Positions 17,220 to 28,311 of a stretch of 64,000 nt of DNA are shown here, in pieces. Numbering within the stretch: position 1 is the first letter of the stretch; every line of letters begins with the position of its first letter. The DNA is from Escherichia coli (GTDB taxonomy: Bacteria > Pseudomonadota > Gammaproteobacteria > Enterobacterales > Enterobacteriaceae), in assembly GCF_003334765.1 (NCBI RefSeq), contig NZ_QOWT01000022.1. One strand, 5' to 3'. Under the pieces are notes generated by a model that did no database searches, was not told the origin of the DNA, and saw only the letters and a program-made list of their open reading frames with translations. The translations under genes were made by a program, and so were the position numbers.

Positions 17220-18296
17220 ATGGCAGTACGAAAACTCACCACTGGGAAATGGCTTTGCGAATGTTACCCCGCCGGACGAAGTGGGCGTCGTGTGCGTAAA
17301 CAATTCGTCACCAAAGGCGAAGCACTGGCTTTTGAGCGCCACACGATGGAAGAAACCGAAGCAAAGCCCTGGCTGGGTGAATCAGTGGATCGTCGAACAC
17401 TGAAAGACGTGGTTGAGCTATGGTTCAAACTACATGGTAAATCTCTGACAGCTGGGCAGCATGTCTATGACAAATTGCTGTTGATGGTTGACGCTCTGGG
17501 CAATCCTCTTGCAACCGATCTCACCTCTAAAATGTTTGCCCACTATCGAGATAAACGCCTGACAGGCGAGATCTACTTCAGCGAGAAATGGAAGAAAGGA
17601 GCAAGCCCGGTCACCATTAACCTGGAGCAAAGCTATCTAAGTAGTGTTTTTAGCGAACTATCCCGTCTGGGCGAATGGTCGTATCCGAACCCACTGGAGA
17701 ACATGCGAAAATTCACCATCGCAGAAAAAGAGATGGCATGGCTTACCCATGAGCAGATTGTTGAATTGCTGGCTGATTGCAAACGTCAGGACCCAATTCT
17801 GGCACTGGTAGTTAAGATATGCTTAAGCACAGGCGCACGCTGGCGTGAAGCCGTAAATCTTACCCGCTCACAGGTGACCAAATACCGAATTACCTTTGTC
17901 AGAACGAAGGGGAAGAAAAACAGAAGCATCCCTATCAGTAAAGAGCTTTACGAAGAGATCATGGCGCTTGATGGGTTCAATTTCTTCACAGACTGCTATT
18001 TTCAATTTTTATCCGTGATGGAAAAAACGTCTATCGTGCTCCCTCGCGGTCAACTCACACACGTTCTGCGCCATACGTTTGCGGCGCACTTCATGATGTC
18101 GGGTGGAAACATTCTGGCCTTACAAAAAATTCTCGGACACCACGATATAAAAATGACTATGCGTTACGCACATCTGGCACCGGATCATCTGGAAACGGCG
18201 CTCCGTTTCAATCCTCTGGCAACGCTGCCAAGTGGCGACAAAGTGGCGACAAAGTGGCGGCAGCGGTTGGCATTACCCCGTAATAACCACCACTGA
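17220..18296 (+). CDS. int: Tyrosine integrase (P2/186 type)
   Basis: ORF 17064-18296; start chosen at MAVRKLTTGKWLCECYP...; C-terminal region HVLRHTFAAH...MRYAHLAPDHL typical of tyrosine recombinases; 3' end abuts host DNA. Confidence 0.9.
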   Translation: MAVRKLTTGKWLCECYPAGRSGRRVRKQFVTKGEALAFERHTMEETEAKPWLGESVDRRTLKDVVELWFKLHGKSLTAGQHVYDKLLLMVDALGNPLATDLTSKMFAHYRDKRLTGEIYFSEKWKKGASPVTINLEQSYLSSVFSELSRLGEWSYPNPLENMRKFTIAEKEMAWLTHEQIVELLADCKRQDPILALVVKICLSTGARWREAVNLTRSQVTKYRITFVRTKGKKNRSIPISKELYEEIMALDGFNFFTDCYFQFLSVMEKTSIVLPRGQLTHVLRHTFAAHFMMSGGNILALQKILGHHDIKMTMRYAHLAPDHLETALRFNPLATLPSGDKVATKWRQRLALPRNNHH

Positions 18297-18301
18297 CCAC
18301 C

Positions 18302-18339
18302 AACCTAACTTATTGTTTTTAATCTAACTTATTGTTTTC
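18302..18339. repeat. Tandem 19-bp direct repeat just downstream of int (candidate att or arm-site region)
   Basis: AACCTAACTTATTGTTTTT followed by AATCTAACTTATTGTTTTC, 17/19 identical. Confidence 0.5.
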
Positions 18340-18387
18340 ATTAACCCGTTTACATAAATGGGTTTTTTGTTATCTAAAACTTATCTA

Positions 18388-18924
18388 CTACCCTGCAACC
18401 CTCTCAACCATCCTCAAAATCTCCTCGCGCGATAGCGGCTTACGGTCGGTGACAAAATGCAGCGTCATCCCCTCAATAAACGCATCAAGCGCGCGGGCGG
18501 TTCCGGGTTCAAACCATTGTTCGAGCGTTTGCTGACTGCGCTGCATCCAGTTTTGCATTACCGTTTTTAATAGCGGTTTTCGGCTAGCCAGCGCGTAGAG
18601 CTGGTACATCAGCTCCATGTTATCCGGCGTTGCAACCTGTGAGCTGTAGATCATATCGGTGATAGCCTGGCATGCGCCCGGAGCATCACTAACATCGCTA
18701 AAAAATGCCTGATATTGCCGGGACATGATCTCAGTAAAACTGCTGAACGCCTCCAGTAACAACTCATCAATTCCTGAAAAATAGTAGGTCATCGATCCCA
18801 ACGGTACCCCGGCAAGGGTAGCAATTTTGCGGTGCGTAACAGCATGTATTCCGTAAAGTTTCACCGCCTCCAGCGTGGCCTGGATAATTTTTTCTCGCCG
18901 TTGCGGATCGTTAGCGCGACGCAT
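18388..18924 (-). CDS. rcdA: TetR-family transcriptional regulator RcdA (YbjK)
   Basis: ORF 18388-18954; start at [14 protein letters not shown]... gives 178 aa. Confidence 0.85.
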
Positions 18925-19007
18925 GTCATTTCCTCTCTCTGCAATTGTGTACAAATGTACACAACCTTGCTAATGTTGTCTTCCCTCTTCTTATTTTGAC
19001 GTGATCT

Positions 19008-20216
19008 ATGACCGTAAATTCTTCACGTAATGCATTGAAACGCCGAACCTGGGCGCTGTTTATGTTCTTCTTTTTGCCAGGCCTGTTAATGGCGTCCTGG
19101 GCAACCCGTACGCCTGCTATCCGCGATATTCTCTCTGTCTCGATCGCTGAAATGGGCGGTGTTCTCTTTGGTCTGTCGATCGGTTCGATGAGCGGTATTC
19201 TCTGCTCGGCGTGGTTAGTGAAACGCTTTGGGACACGTAATGTCATCCTGGTCACGATGTCCTGCGCATTGATCGGGATGATGATATTAAGTCTGGCACT
19301 CTGGCTGACATCGCCCCTGCTCTTTGCCGTTGGTCTCGGCGTCTTTGGGGCAAGTTTTGGTTCTGCGGAAGTGGCGATAAACGTTGAAGGTGCTGCCGTT
19401 GAGCGAGAAATGAATAAGACGGTTTTGCCGATGATGCACGGTTTTTATAGCCTGGGCACGCTGGCAGGCGCAGGTGTCGGGATGGCACTGACGGCCTTTG
19501 GCGTTCCGGCAACGGTGCACATTTTATTGGCGGCGCTGGTAGGTATCGCACCTATTTATATCGCCATTCAGGCAATCCCTGACGGTACGGGCAAAAATGC
19601 TGCCGATGGCACCCAGCATGGCGAAAAAGGCGTACCTTTTTATCGCGATATCCAGTTGCTGCTGATAGGTGTTGTGGTGCTGGCGATGGCCTTTGCCGAA
19701 GGTTCTGCCAACGACTGGTTACCCTTATTAATGGTTGACGGTCACGGTTTTAGCCCTACTTCCGGCTCGCTGATTTATGCCGGTTTTACCCTGGGGATGA
19801 CCGTTGGACGCTTCACCGGCGGTTGGTTCATCGACCGTTACAGTCGCGTTGCCGTGGTTCGGGCCAGTGCACTAATGGGGGCGTTGGGTATTGGGCTGAT
19901 TATTTTTGTCGATAGCGCCTGGGTCGCTGGGGTGTCTGTTGTACTCTGGGGACTGGGTGCCTCGCTGGGCTTCCCGCTGACCATTTCTGCCGCCAGCGAT
20001 ACCGGCCCCGATGCACCAACCCGCGTCAGTGTGGTAGCAACGACCGGTTATCTGGCTTTCCTCGTCGGGCCGCCGCTGCTGGGCTATCTCGGCGAACATT
20101 ATGGATTACGTAGTGCAATGCTGGTTGTACTGGCGCTGGTTATTCTCGCGGCTATTGTCGCGAAAGCCGTCGCCAAACCCGATACCAAAACGCAGACGGC
20201 GATGGAGAATAGTTGA
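19008..20216 (+). CDS. ybjJ: MFS transporter YbjJ
   Basis: 402-aa multi-TM ORF; synteny. Confidence 0.85.
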
Positions 20217-21031
20217 TGAGCATTAAATTAATTGCGGTAGACATGGATGGTACTTTCTTAAGCGATCAAAAAACCTATAACCGTGAGCGGTTTATGGCTC
20301 AGTATCAGCAAATGAAAGCACAAGGAATTCGCTTTGTAGTCGCCAGCGGGAATCAATATTATCAGTTGATCTCTTTCTTCCCTGAAATTGCTAATGAAAT
20401 TGCCTTTGTGGCTGAAAACGGCGGCTGGGTAGTGAGCGAAGGCAAAGATGTTTTTAATGGCGAGCTATCGAAGGATGCGTTTGCTACTGTCGTGGAACAT
20501 TTGCTGACGCGCCCGGAAGTGGAAATTATTGCCTGCGGAAAAAATAGTGCCTATACACTCAAAAAATATGACGATGCCATGAAAACGGTGGCGGAAATGT
20601 ATTATCACCGTCTGGAATACGTCGATAACTTTGACAACTTAGAGGATATCTTCTTTAAGTTTGGCCTGAATCTTTCCGATGAACTGATTCCACAAGTACA
20701 AAAAGCATTACATGAGGCCATCGGCGATATTATGGTGTCGGTCCACACCGGCAACGGCAGCATCGATCTGATTATCCCCGGCGTACATAAAGCCAATGGC
20801 CTTCGCCAACTGCAGAAATTATGGGGAATAGACGACAGCGAAGTGGTGGTCTTTGGCGATGGCGGTAACGATATTGAGATGCTGCGTCAGGCAGGCTTTA
20901 GTTTTGCAATGGAAAATGCCGGTAGCGCGGTCGTCGCAGCGGCAAAATACCGCGCAGGCTCCAATAACCGTGAAGGCGTACTGGATGTGATCGATAAAGT
21001 TCTTAAACACGAAGCGCCATTTGACCAATAA
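20216..21031 (+). CDS. ybjI: HAD-family (Cof-like) phosphatase YbjI
   Basis: Motifs DMDGTF and GDGGND; 271 aa. Confidence 0.85.
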   Translation: MSIKLIAVDMDGTFLSDQKTYNRERFMAQYQQMKAQGIRFVVASGNQYYQLISFFPEIANEIAFVAENGGWVVSEGKDVFNGELSKDAFATVVEHLLTRPEVEIIACGKNSAYTLKKYDDAMKTVAEMYYHRLEYVDNFDNLEDIFFKFGLNLSDELIPQVQKALHEAIGDIMVSVHTGNGSIDLIIPGVHKANGLRQLQKLWGIDDSEVVVFGDGGNDIEMLRQAGFSFAMENAGSAVVAAAKYRAGSNNREGVLDVIDKVLKHEAPFDQ

Positions 21032-21116
21032 AACCGGCAGCACGCCCGGCAACACAATGCCTGAATGAAGGCTGCATAATTCGCGGAAATTAACCCGCTG
21101 CATTATTTCAGGCGAA

Positions 21117-21401
21117 ATGATTATGAAAAATTGTCTACTGTTGGGCGCGCTTTTAATGGGCTTTACTGGTGTGGCGATGGCGCAAAGTGTCACCGTCGAT
21201 GTGCCGAGTGGATACAAAGTGGTTGTGGTTCCTGATTCAGTCAGCGTTCCACAAGCGGTCAGCGTCGCGACTGTGCCGCAAACCGTCTATGTGGCTCCTG
21301 CGCCAGCTCCGGCTTACCGCCCGCATCCTTATGTTCGCCATCTTGCCAGCGTAGGTGAAGGGATGGTTATCGAACACCAGATTGACGACCATCACCATTA
21401 A
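21117..21401 (+). CDS. ybjH: Small secreted protein YbjH
   Basis: 94 aa with signal peptide; synteny. Confidence 0.75.
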   Translation: MIMKNCLLLGALLMGFTGVAMAQSVTVDVPSGYKVVVVPDSVSVPQAVSVATVPQTVYVAPAPAPAYRPHPYVRHLASVGEGMVIEHQIDDHHH

Positions 21402-21441
21402 TTCGAGAATGCCTGATCGCACAAAGCAGTCAGGCATTTTT

Positions 21442-22674
21442 TTACCCTTCGTGAGAATTTCCCATCTGTTTATCTTTTAAAAAGATAACCATCAGCGACA
21501 GCCACAAAATTCCGTTGACAAGGTTGAAGAGATTAAACAGTCCGTTGCCCCCGTTCAGCCAGGCATGTTTGCTGATTTCAATACCAACGGTAAAGATCAG
21601 CATTTGCAGCATTCCCATCGCGGCAGAAACCGTACCTTTACTCATATCGCTGGCAAACAGGGTTAATCGCACCAGTCCCGCATTCGCCAGACCAATACCG
21701 AAAGCATAAATACTTAACCCGGCAGTCATCCATAAATACGCGTGCGATGAGATAACCGTTGCCGCAGCAGCGACCAATAGACCAATCATAATCGGCCAGC
21801 CGCCCATAATAATCAGCGAACGTACGGTGCGGCGCGAGGTCAGACGCGCTAACAGCAAGTTACCCGCAATTAACGCCCCGAAAATAGGCACTTGCAGCAA
21901 GCCATATTCATAGCTGCTCAACTGCTCGCCGGTAATGATGATAATCGGCGACTGGGCGATCCACGCCAGCAACGGCAGACTAACGAATCCCAGCGCCAGC
22001 GCCCCCGCCACAAAGCGGCCGTTCTTCAGCACCAGCTTATAGTCACGACCGAGTTCTTTCAGTGACAGTTTCTCGCCTATACGCGTGGCGGTTTCAGGCA
22101 TGGCTCGTTGCAGACCGAAAAAGGAGATCGCTGCCAATGCGGCAAACAAAACAAACATCCCCTCCCAGGGCAGCACATGGATCCACGCCGCGCCCACCAG
22201 CGGACCAAGTAGCGGAGCAATCAGCGCCACGTTCGCCATCAGCGCGGTGATCTTGATACAAACCGCCTCTTCGAAGGATTCCTGAATTGCGGCGTATCCC
22301 ACAGCGCCAATGAAACAGAGGCTTATGCCCTGCAAGAAGCGCAACAGGGTGAATTGTTCAATGTTTTGCGCCAGCAATATTGCCAGACAGGTGACGATAA
22401 ACCACACCACTCCCGCCAGCATCACCGGACGGCGACCAATACGATCCGACAGCGGCCCCAGCAGCCATTGTAAAAACATCCCGCCCGCCAGATACGCGGT
22501 CATCGAAGTAGGAACCCAATCAATGCCCGCCTGATATTGTTCCACCACGGCCAACATACCGGGTTGAATCATATCGTTGCCGATATAGGTTGAAAATTCG
22601 TAAAGCACCAGACAGAGAGGGAAAAGTAACGCCTGACGTCCAAGCCTGGCACCGGAAGCTAATTTATTTTGCAT
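21442..22674 (-). CDS. mdfA: Multidrug efflux MFS transporter MdfA (Cmr)
   Basis: 410-aa multi-TM ORF; synteny next to ybjG. Confidence 0.9.
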
Positions 22675-22958
22675 GCAATTTCTTCGCCAATAATAATCGC
22701 GCAGAGTTTAATAAAAGCGCAGCTAACGAGAAAGCGAATTTTGTAGCTGAAACCACGGTTAAGCACATTCTTACATTATTACGAGTATAGCTACGCTTTC
22801 TTTAAGTTTTATTTAACCTATGCCCGTTACAATCACCCACCGTAAACAGGCCGCTTGAGGGAAATAAGACGATGCCGCTTTACCCAGTTTAACCTGCACT
22901 TTATTCTCAACGACTTGCCTGTATTGGCTCCCTTTTAATCACTTTGCGTCGGGAAGTT

Positions 22959-23555
22959 ATGCTGGAAAATTTGAATCTCTCTCTATTCTCTCTTATTAAC
23001 GCGACGCCAGACTCGGCTCCGTGGATGATCTCGTTGGCGATTTTTATTGCTAAAGATTTGATTACCGTGGTGCCGTTGCTGGCCGTGGTACTTTGGTTGT
23101 GGGGGCTTACAGCACAACGGCAACTGGTGATAAAAATCGCTATCGCGCTGGCGGTCAGCCTGTTTGTGTCCTGGACGATGGGACATCTTTTTCCGCACGA
23201 CCGACCCTTTGTCGAAAATATCGGCTATAACTTCCTGCATCATGCGGCGGATGACTCATTCCCAAGCGATCACGGTACGGTGATTTTCACCTTTGCACTG
23301 GCATTTTTATGCTGGCATCGCCTGTGGTCCGGCTCACTTTTAATGGTGCTGGCCGTCGTCATTGCCTGGTCGCGCGTTTATCTTGGCGTCCACTGGCCGC
23401 TGGATATGCTCGGTGGATTGCTGGCAGGTATGATTGGCTGCCTTAGTGCCCAGATTATCTGGCAAGCGATGGGGCATAAACTCTATCAACGTCTGCAATC
23501 GTGGTATCGCGTCTGTTTTGCATTACCGATCCGCAAAGGCTGGGTGCGTGACTGA
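22959..23555 (+). CDS. ybjG: Undecaprenyl-pyrophosphate phosphatase YbjG (PAP2 family)
   Basis: ORF 22944-23555; start at MLENLNL... gives 198 aa. Confidence 0.85.
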   Translation: MLENLNLSLFSLINATPDSAPWMISLAIFIAKDLITVVPLLAVVLWLWGLTAQRQLVIKIAIALAVSLFVSWTMGHLFPHDRPFVENIGYNFLHHAADDSFPSDHGTVIFTFALAFLCWHRLWSGSLLMVLAVVIAWSRVYLGVHWPLDMLGGLLAGMIGCLSAQIIWQAMGHKLYQRLQSWYRVCFALPIRKGWVRD

Positions 23556-23612
23556 TCTCTGCTAAAAAGTGTAGTATTGAGCGGCTCGCTTCAATAACTA
23601 TTCAGAGGGATT

Positions 23613-24371
23613 ATGGAAACACGTCGCGAAGAGCGTATCGGGCAGCTGCTGCAAGAATTAAAACGCAGCGATAAGTTACATCTTAAAGACGCCGCCGCCC
23701 TGCTTGGGGTTTCGGAGATGACGATTCGTCGCGATCTGAACAACCACAGTGCGCCCGTCGTTTTGCTCGGCGGCTATATTGTTCTGGAACCGCGCAGTGC
23801 CAGCCATTACCTGTTAAGCGATCAAAAATCCCGCCTGGTGGAAGAAAAACGCCGGGCGGCAAAACTGGCTGCGACGCTGGTAGAACCCGATCAGACCCTC
23901 TTTTTTGACTGTGGCACCACCACGCCGTGGATTATTGAAGCGATTGATAATGAAATCCCTTTTACCGCCGTTTGTTATTCGCTAAATACCTTTCTGGCGC
24001 TGAAAGAGAAACCCCATTGCCGCGCGTTTCTTTGCGGTGGTGAATTTCACGCCAGCAACGCCATTTTCAAACCCATCGATTTTCAGCAAACGCTGAATAA
24101 TTTTTGCCCGGATATCGCTTTTTATTCTGCGGCGGGCGTGCATGTCAGTAAAGGCGCTACCTGTTTTAATCTTGAAGAGTTGCCGGTAAAACACTGGGCC
24201 ATGTCGATGGCGCAAAAGCATGTGCTGGTTGTCGACCACAGTAAATTTGGCAAGGTGCGTCCGGCGCGCATGGGTGACCTGAAACGCTTTGATATTGTGG
24301 TGAGCGATTGTTGCCCGGAAGATGAGTATGTGAAGTACGCGCAGACGCAGCGCATTAAGTTGATGTATTAA
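23613..24371 (+). CDS. deoR: Deoxyribose operon repressor DeoR
   Basis: 252 aa with N-terminal HTH; synteny. Confidence 0.9.
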   Translation: METRREERIGQLLQELKRSDKLHLKDAAALLGVSEMTIRRDLNNHSAPVVLLGGYIVLEPRSASHYLLSDQKSRLVEEKRRAAKLAATLVEPDQTLFFDCGTTTPWIIEAIDNEIPFTAVCYSLNTFLALKEKPHCRAFLCGGEFHASNAIFKPIDFQQTLNNFCPDIAFYSAAGVHVSKGATCFNLEELPVKHWAMSMAQKHVLVVDHSKFGKVRPARMGDLKRFDIVVSDCCPEDEYVKYAQTQRIKLMY

Positions 24372-24417
24372 TGACGTATAACCGGATGACGTTTCGCGCC
24401 ATCCGGTTATCAGAAGA

Positions 24418-25620
24418 TTAAGAGAACCAGCTGCCGAACCACTGATGGAATTTCATCATCACGAAATCCCACACCCGACCAAAGAATCCGCCCTCTTCCA
24501 CATTTTCCATCACGATCAGCGGACGCTGCTCAATGGATTTACCGTTAAGCTGGAAATCAATGGTCCCGACAACCTGACCTTTTTTCAGCGGTGCGGTAAG
24601 CTGCGGTTCCGTTAACGTATAACTCGCTTTCAGGTTTTTCAGCTGCCCACGCGGTATGGTCACTGAGCCCGCTTCACCTGCCCCGAGATTCACTTCGCTC
24701 TTATCACCAAACCAGACGCGCTGAGTCACAAAGGTGGCATCAGGTTTAATTGGCGTCACGGTTTCAAAGAAGCGGAAACCCCAGGTCAATAATTTCTCAG
24801 ACTCATTAAAACGGATACGGTCGGTTTTCGCCCCCAACACTACGGAGATTAAACGCATATCGCCCTGGGTAGCCGAAGCAACCAGATTATATCCCGCGCC
24901 TGCCGTGGTTCCTGTCTTCATGCCATCAACATTCAGATTGCTGCTCCACAGCAGACGGTTACGGTTAGGCTGACGAATTTTGTTGAAGGTGAACTCTTTC
25001 TCTTTATGAATGGCGTACTCTTCCGGCACATCGTGGATCAATGCTTTACCCAGCAATGCCATATCGCGCGCGGTGCTGAACTGCCCCGGCGCATCCAGGC
25101 CGTGCACCGTCTGGAAGGTAGTGTTGGTCAGACCCAGTTTTTTGGCATAACCATTCATCAGACCAATAAATGACTCCTGGCTCCCGGCAACGTAATCAGC
25201 CAGCGCAATACAGGCGTCATTACCGGACTGGATAATCACACCTTTGTTCAAGTCTGCCACCGAAACCTGATCGCCCGGTTTGAGGAACATTACCGATGAA
25301 CCACGCAGTGCCGGATTTCCCGTCGCCCAGGCATCTTTACCGACCGTCACCATATCGGTGAGTTTAATCTTATCGGCCTTAAGCGCCTGCCCAACCACAT
25401 AGCTGGTCATGATTTTAGTCAGGCTCGCGGGATCCAGTTTCTCATCCGCATTGCCTTCTGCCAGCACTTTACCGCTGGCGTAATCCATTAAAATCCATGC
25501 ACGCGCATCCACGCTCGGCGCTTCAACGGTTTGTTCCGCCGCGAATGCCGTTGGGGCAAAAAGGAATAAAAATGCAGAACCCGCTGCAAGACCACGAAGG
25601 AGAGAGGAGTATTGCGTCAT
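24418..25620 (-). CDS. dacC: D-alanyl-D-alanine carboxypeptidase DacC (PBP6)
   Basis: ORF 24418-25641; start at [10 protein letters not shown]... gives 400 aa; SxxK motif SLTK. Confidence 0.9.
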   Translation of the reverse strand: MTQYSSLLRGLAAGSAFLFLFAPTAFAAEQTVEAPSVDARAWILMDYASGKVLAEGNADEKLDPASLTKIMTSYVVGQALKADKIKLTDMVTVGKDAWATGNPALRGSSVMFLKPGDQVSVADLNKGVIIQSGNDACIALADYVAGSQESFIGLMNGYAKKLGLTNTTFQTVHGLDAPGQFSTARDMALLGKALIHDVPEEYAIHKEKEFTFNKIRQPNRNRLLWSSNLNVDGMKTGTTAGAGYNLVASATQGDMRLISVVLGAKTDRIRFNESEKLLTWGFRFFETVTPIKPDATFVTQRVWFGDKSEVNLGAGEAGSVTIPRGQLKNLKASYTLTEPQLTAPLKKGQVVGTIDFQLNGKSIEQRPLIVMENVEEGGFFGRVWDFVMMKFHQWFGSWFS

Positions 25621-25866
25621 AAATGCCACCCGAGTATCCATTCAAAAAAAATACGTTATATCGCCGTATGATAAGTTTGGTGATTAATAACGCACACACA
25701 AACTTAAAGAAACCGTAAGTTGGTAAAGTTTTTAAAGTTTATGCAATATCCTGCCGCTTCGCTGCTTCTGGTGTCATTTTTTTGCCAGCTGTTGCTTAAA
25801 AGTTAACTTTACTTCACCATCGGAGTCCTGTTCAGCCTGTGGCTGCCTGTCGGAAAAGGGGTGAGT

Positions 25867-26493
25867 ATGATTACGCTGTGGGGTCGGAATAATTCAACTA
25901 ACGTAAAAAAAGTATTGCTGACGCTCGAAGAACTGGAACTACCTTATGAGCAAATTCTCGCGGGCCGTGAGTTTGGGATAAATCACGATGCTGATTTTCT
26001 GGCGATGAACCCTAACGGGCTGGTGCCGTTGTTGCGTGACGACGAAAGTGATCTCATTCTTTGGGAATCAAACGCCATTGTCCGCTATCTGGCGGCACAG
26101 TACGGGCAAAAACGCCTGTGGATCGACTCACCGGCACGTCGTGCGGAAGCGGAAAAATGGATGGACTGGGCAAACCAGACGCTCAGTAATGCTCATCGCG
26201 GGATCCTGATGGGATTAGTCAGAACACCACCGGAAGAGCGCGATCAGGCCGCCATTGATGCCAGTTGCAAAGAGTGCGACGCCCTGTTTGCCCTGCTCGA
26301 TGCGGAACTGGCAAAAGTAAAATGGTTCTCTGGCGACGAGTTTGGTGTGGGCGATATCGCTATCGCACCGTTCATCTACAATTTGTTTAACGTTGGCCTG
26401 ACCTGGACACCGCGTCCAAATCTGCAACGCTGGTATCAGCAACTCACTGAACGCCCCGCAGTGCGCAAAGTGGTGATGATTCCCGTTAGCTAA
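25867..26493 (+). CDS. gstB: Glutathione S-transferase GstB (YliJ)
   Basis: 208 aa from MITLWGR...; synteny. Confidence 0.85.
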
Positions 26494-27605
26494 TTGCGTG
26501 GGCTAACTTTAAGTAATTCCCCACTGGACTCGTCGGTGAGAACGTATAAATAACCGTCGGGTCCAGTGCGAACATCACGAATTCGCTGCCCTCTGTCCGT
26601 TAAAATACGGCCATCTTCTGTCACTTTGTCGCCGTTGACGCTCATCACAATGACATCTTTATCTTTCAGCGCGCCAATAAATAATTTTTGCTGCCACTGG
26701 GGGAATTTATCGCTGTTATAGAAGGCCATGCCGCTCACAGCGGGCGAATCTTTCCAGTAAAAAACAGGTTGCTCGGTCCCGGCGACGATCTCCCCTTTCG
26801 CTTCCGGTATCTTAAAGCCTGAATAGTTGATTCCCCAGGTTGCCAGCGGCCAGCCGTAGTTTTTGCCTTTTTGCGGGATATTAATTTCATCACCACCGCG
26901 CGGGCCATGTTCATTCAGCCACAGTGCATTACTCCACGGATTCATCGCCATTCCTTGCGGATTACGAATGCCATAAGACCAGATCTCGGCGCGCGCACCG
27001 GATTCCTTTATAAAAGGATTATCATCCGGGATTTCGCCCTGGTCGGTCAGACGCACCAGTTTGCCCTGTAATTTATCCAGATCCTGCGCCGTCGGGCGCT
27101 GATTGTTTTCGCCCAGAGCAATAAAAAGATAACCTTTACCGTCGAATACCAGCCGCCCGCCAAAATGGTTGCCGGTAGACAGTTTTGGCATCTGGCGAAA
27201 GACGGTGCGGAAGTCGGTCACTTTTGAGAGATCATCACTTAAGCGGCCATAACCCACAGCAGTTCCGGCTTTGCCATCATCGCCAACTTCGGAATAACTT
27301 AACCAGATGCGGCGAGACTGAGCAAAATCAGGCGCTAAAACCACGTCCAGCAGGCCGCCCTGCCCGTGCGCCCAAACGTCCGGAACTCCGGAAAGCGGCG
27401 CAGATAATCCTTTTCCTGCTTGCCAGTGACGCAACTCGCCGCCGCGCAGAGTGATTAACATACCGTGATTATCGGGTAAAAAGGCCAGTGCCCAGGGATG
27501 GTCGAGTTTGTCTTGCAGTACTTCGACATTTACCGTTGCAGGAGCCGCCCAGAGAGCGGAAGAAAGACAAATAAGGGGCACAAGGAAAAAGGATTGTCGA
27601 TGCAT
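26490..27605 (-). CDS. yliI: Soluble aldose sugar dehydrogenase YliI (PQQ-dependent)
   Basis: 371 aa with signal peptide; synteny. Confidence 0.85.
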
Positions 27606-27715
27606 AACGCCTCCGGATTGACTCTGGCTTAAAGCGTAGTCAGTGGAGGAGATAACAAATTCATTTTTACAAAAACTTAAACATGAAGGGGGAGACGCTT
27701 TCTCCCCCTTAGTTT

Positions 27716-28099
27716 TCAGGCCTTCTCAAGCATGGCGTGCTTCTGCAGGCTCTGGATACTCAGCGTTAAGCTCATCAGACAATTTTCAAGCTTATCGGCG
27801 TTGACGGTAATAACAGTCGGGCAATCATGGTGCCCACTCATCAAACATACTGCGGCTGTCGCTAATGCTTCTTCAGCATGATGAAGAGCACTCCACTCTT
27901 CCTGATCCAGATGAAGATTCAACCGCAGCGATTTATCGTGCAGTTCGCGATTCAGTTTAAAAAAGTTATCTCGTAGATGATTGCTTTCGCTGACGGACAT
28001 GTATCCTTTTGCCTTCCTCAGTTGCACGTATGCGGCGAGGTCAACGCGTGCGTCGATCAACCGGTTCAGCAGATCGATTCGCTGTCTGTCAACGAACAT
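27716..28099 (-). CDS. bssR: Biofilm regulator BssR (YliH)
   Basis: ORF 27716-28132; start at MFVDRQRIDLL... gives 127 aa. Confidence 0.85.
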   Translation of the reverse strand: MFVDRQRIDLLNRLIDARVDLAAYVQLRKAKGYMSVSESNHLRDNFFKLNRELHDKSLRLNLHLDQEEWSALHHAEEALATAAVCLMSGHHDCPTVITVNADKLENCLMSLTLSIQSLQKHAMLEKA

Positions 28100-28311
28100 A
28101 CTTCGATCCTCCTCTTCCCAGCCTTGTTGCAATTAAATAGTATGGCTATTTTTTGAGCAAAATGCTGTCCAGGATCAATTCTTCACGCCGAATTAACAAA
28201 ATTTACATTTCCTTCGCCTCCGCCAGCGAATGAGATTGCGATACAAATTTTATCCAGAACTCTGTAGAATCCCTGCCCTGACCTTTCCTGTAACTGAATA
28301 TTTTTTAAGCT

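Larger units (their letters stand above)
1..18300. mobile_element. P2/186-family prophage, int-proximal arm (apparently defective); continues beyond the left window edge
   Basis: Gene order tail H-I-J-W-V-S-R / portal fragment / cos-like / A / Dam / CII / apl / CI / int matches P2/186 prophage architecture; composition differs from flanking host DNA; right boundary just after int stop, next to host rcdA. Confidence 0.85.

Noticed and set aside
18230-18339. Short tandem repeats near int considered as a possible CRISPR array
   Set aside because: Only 2-3 copies, no spacers of regular length and no cas genes; consistent with att or arm-site repeats.
18297-18387. tRNA or tmRNA gene as integration target at the int-proximal junction
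   Set aside because: The 90-bp interval is too short and lacks acceptor or T-arm-like structure; the junction abuts rcdA directly.
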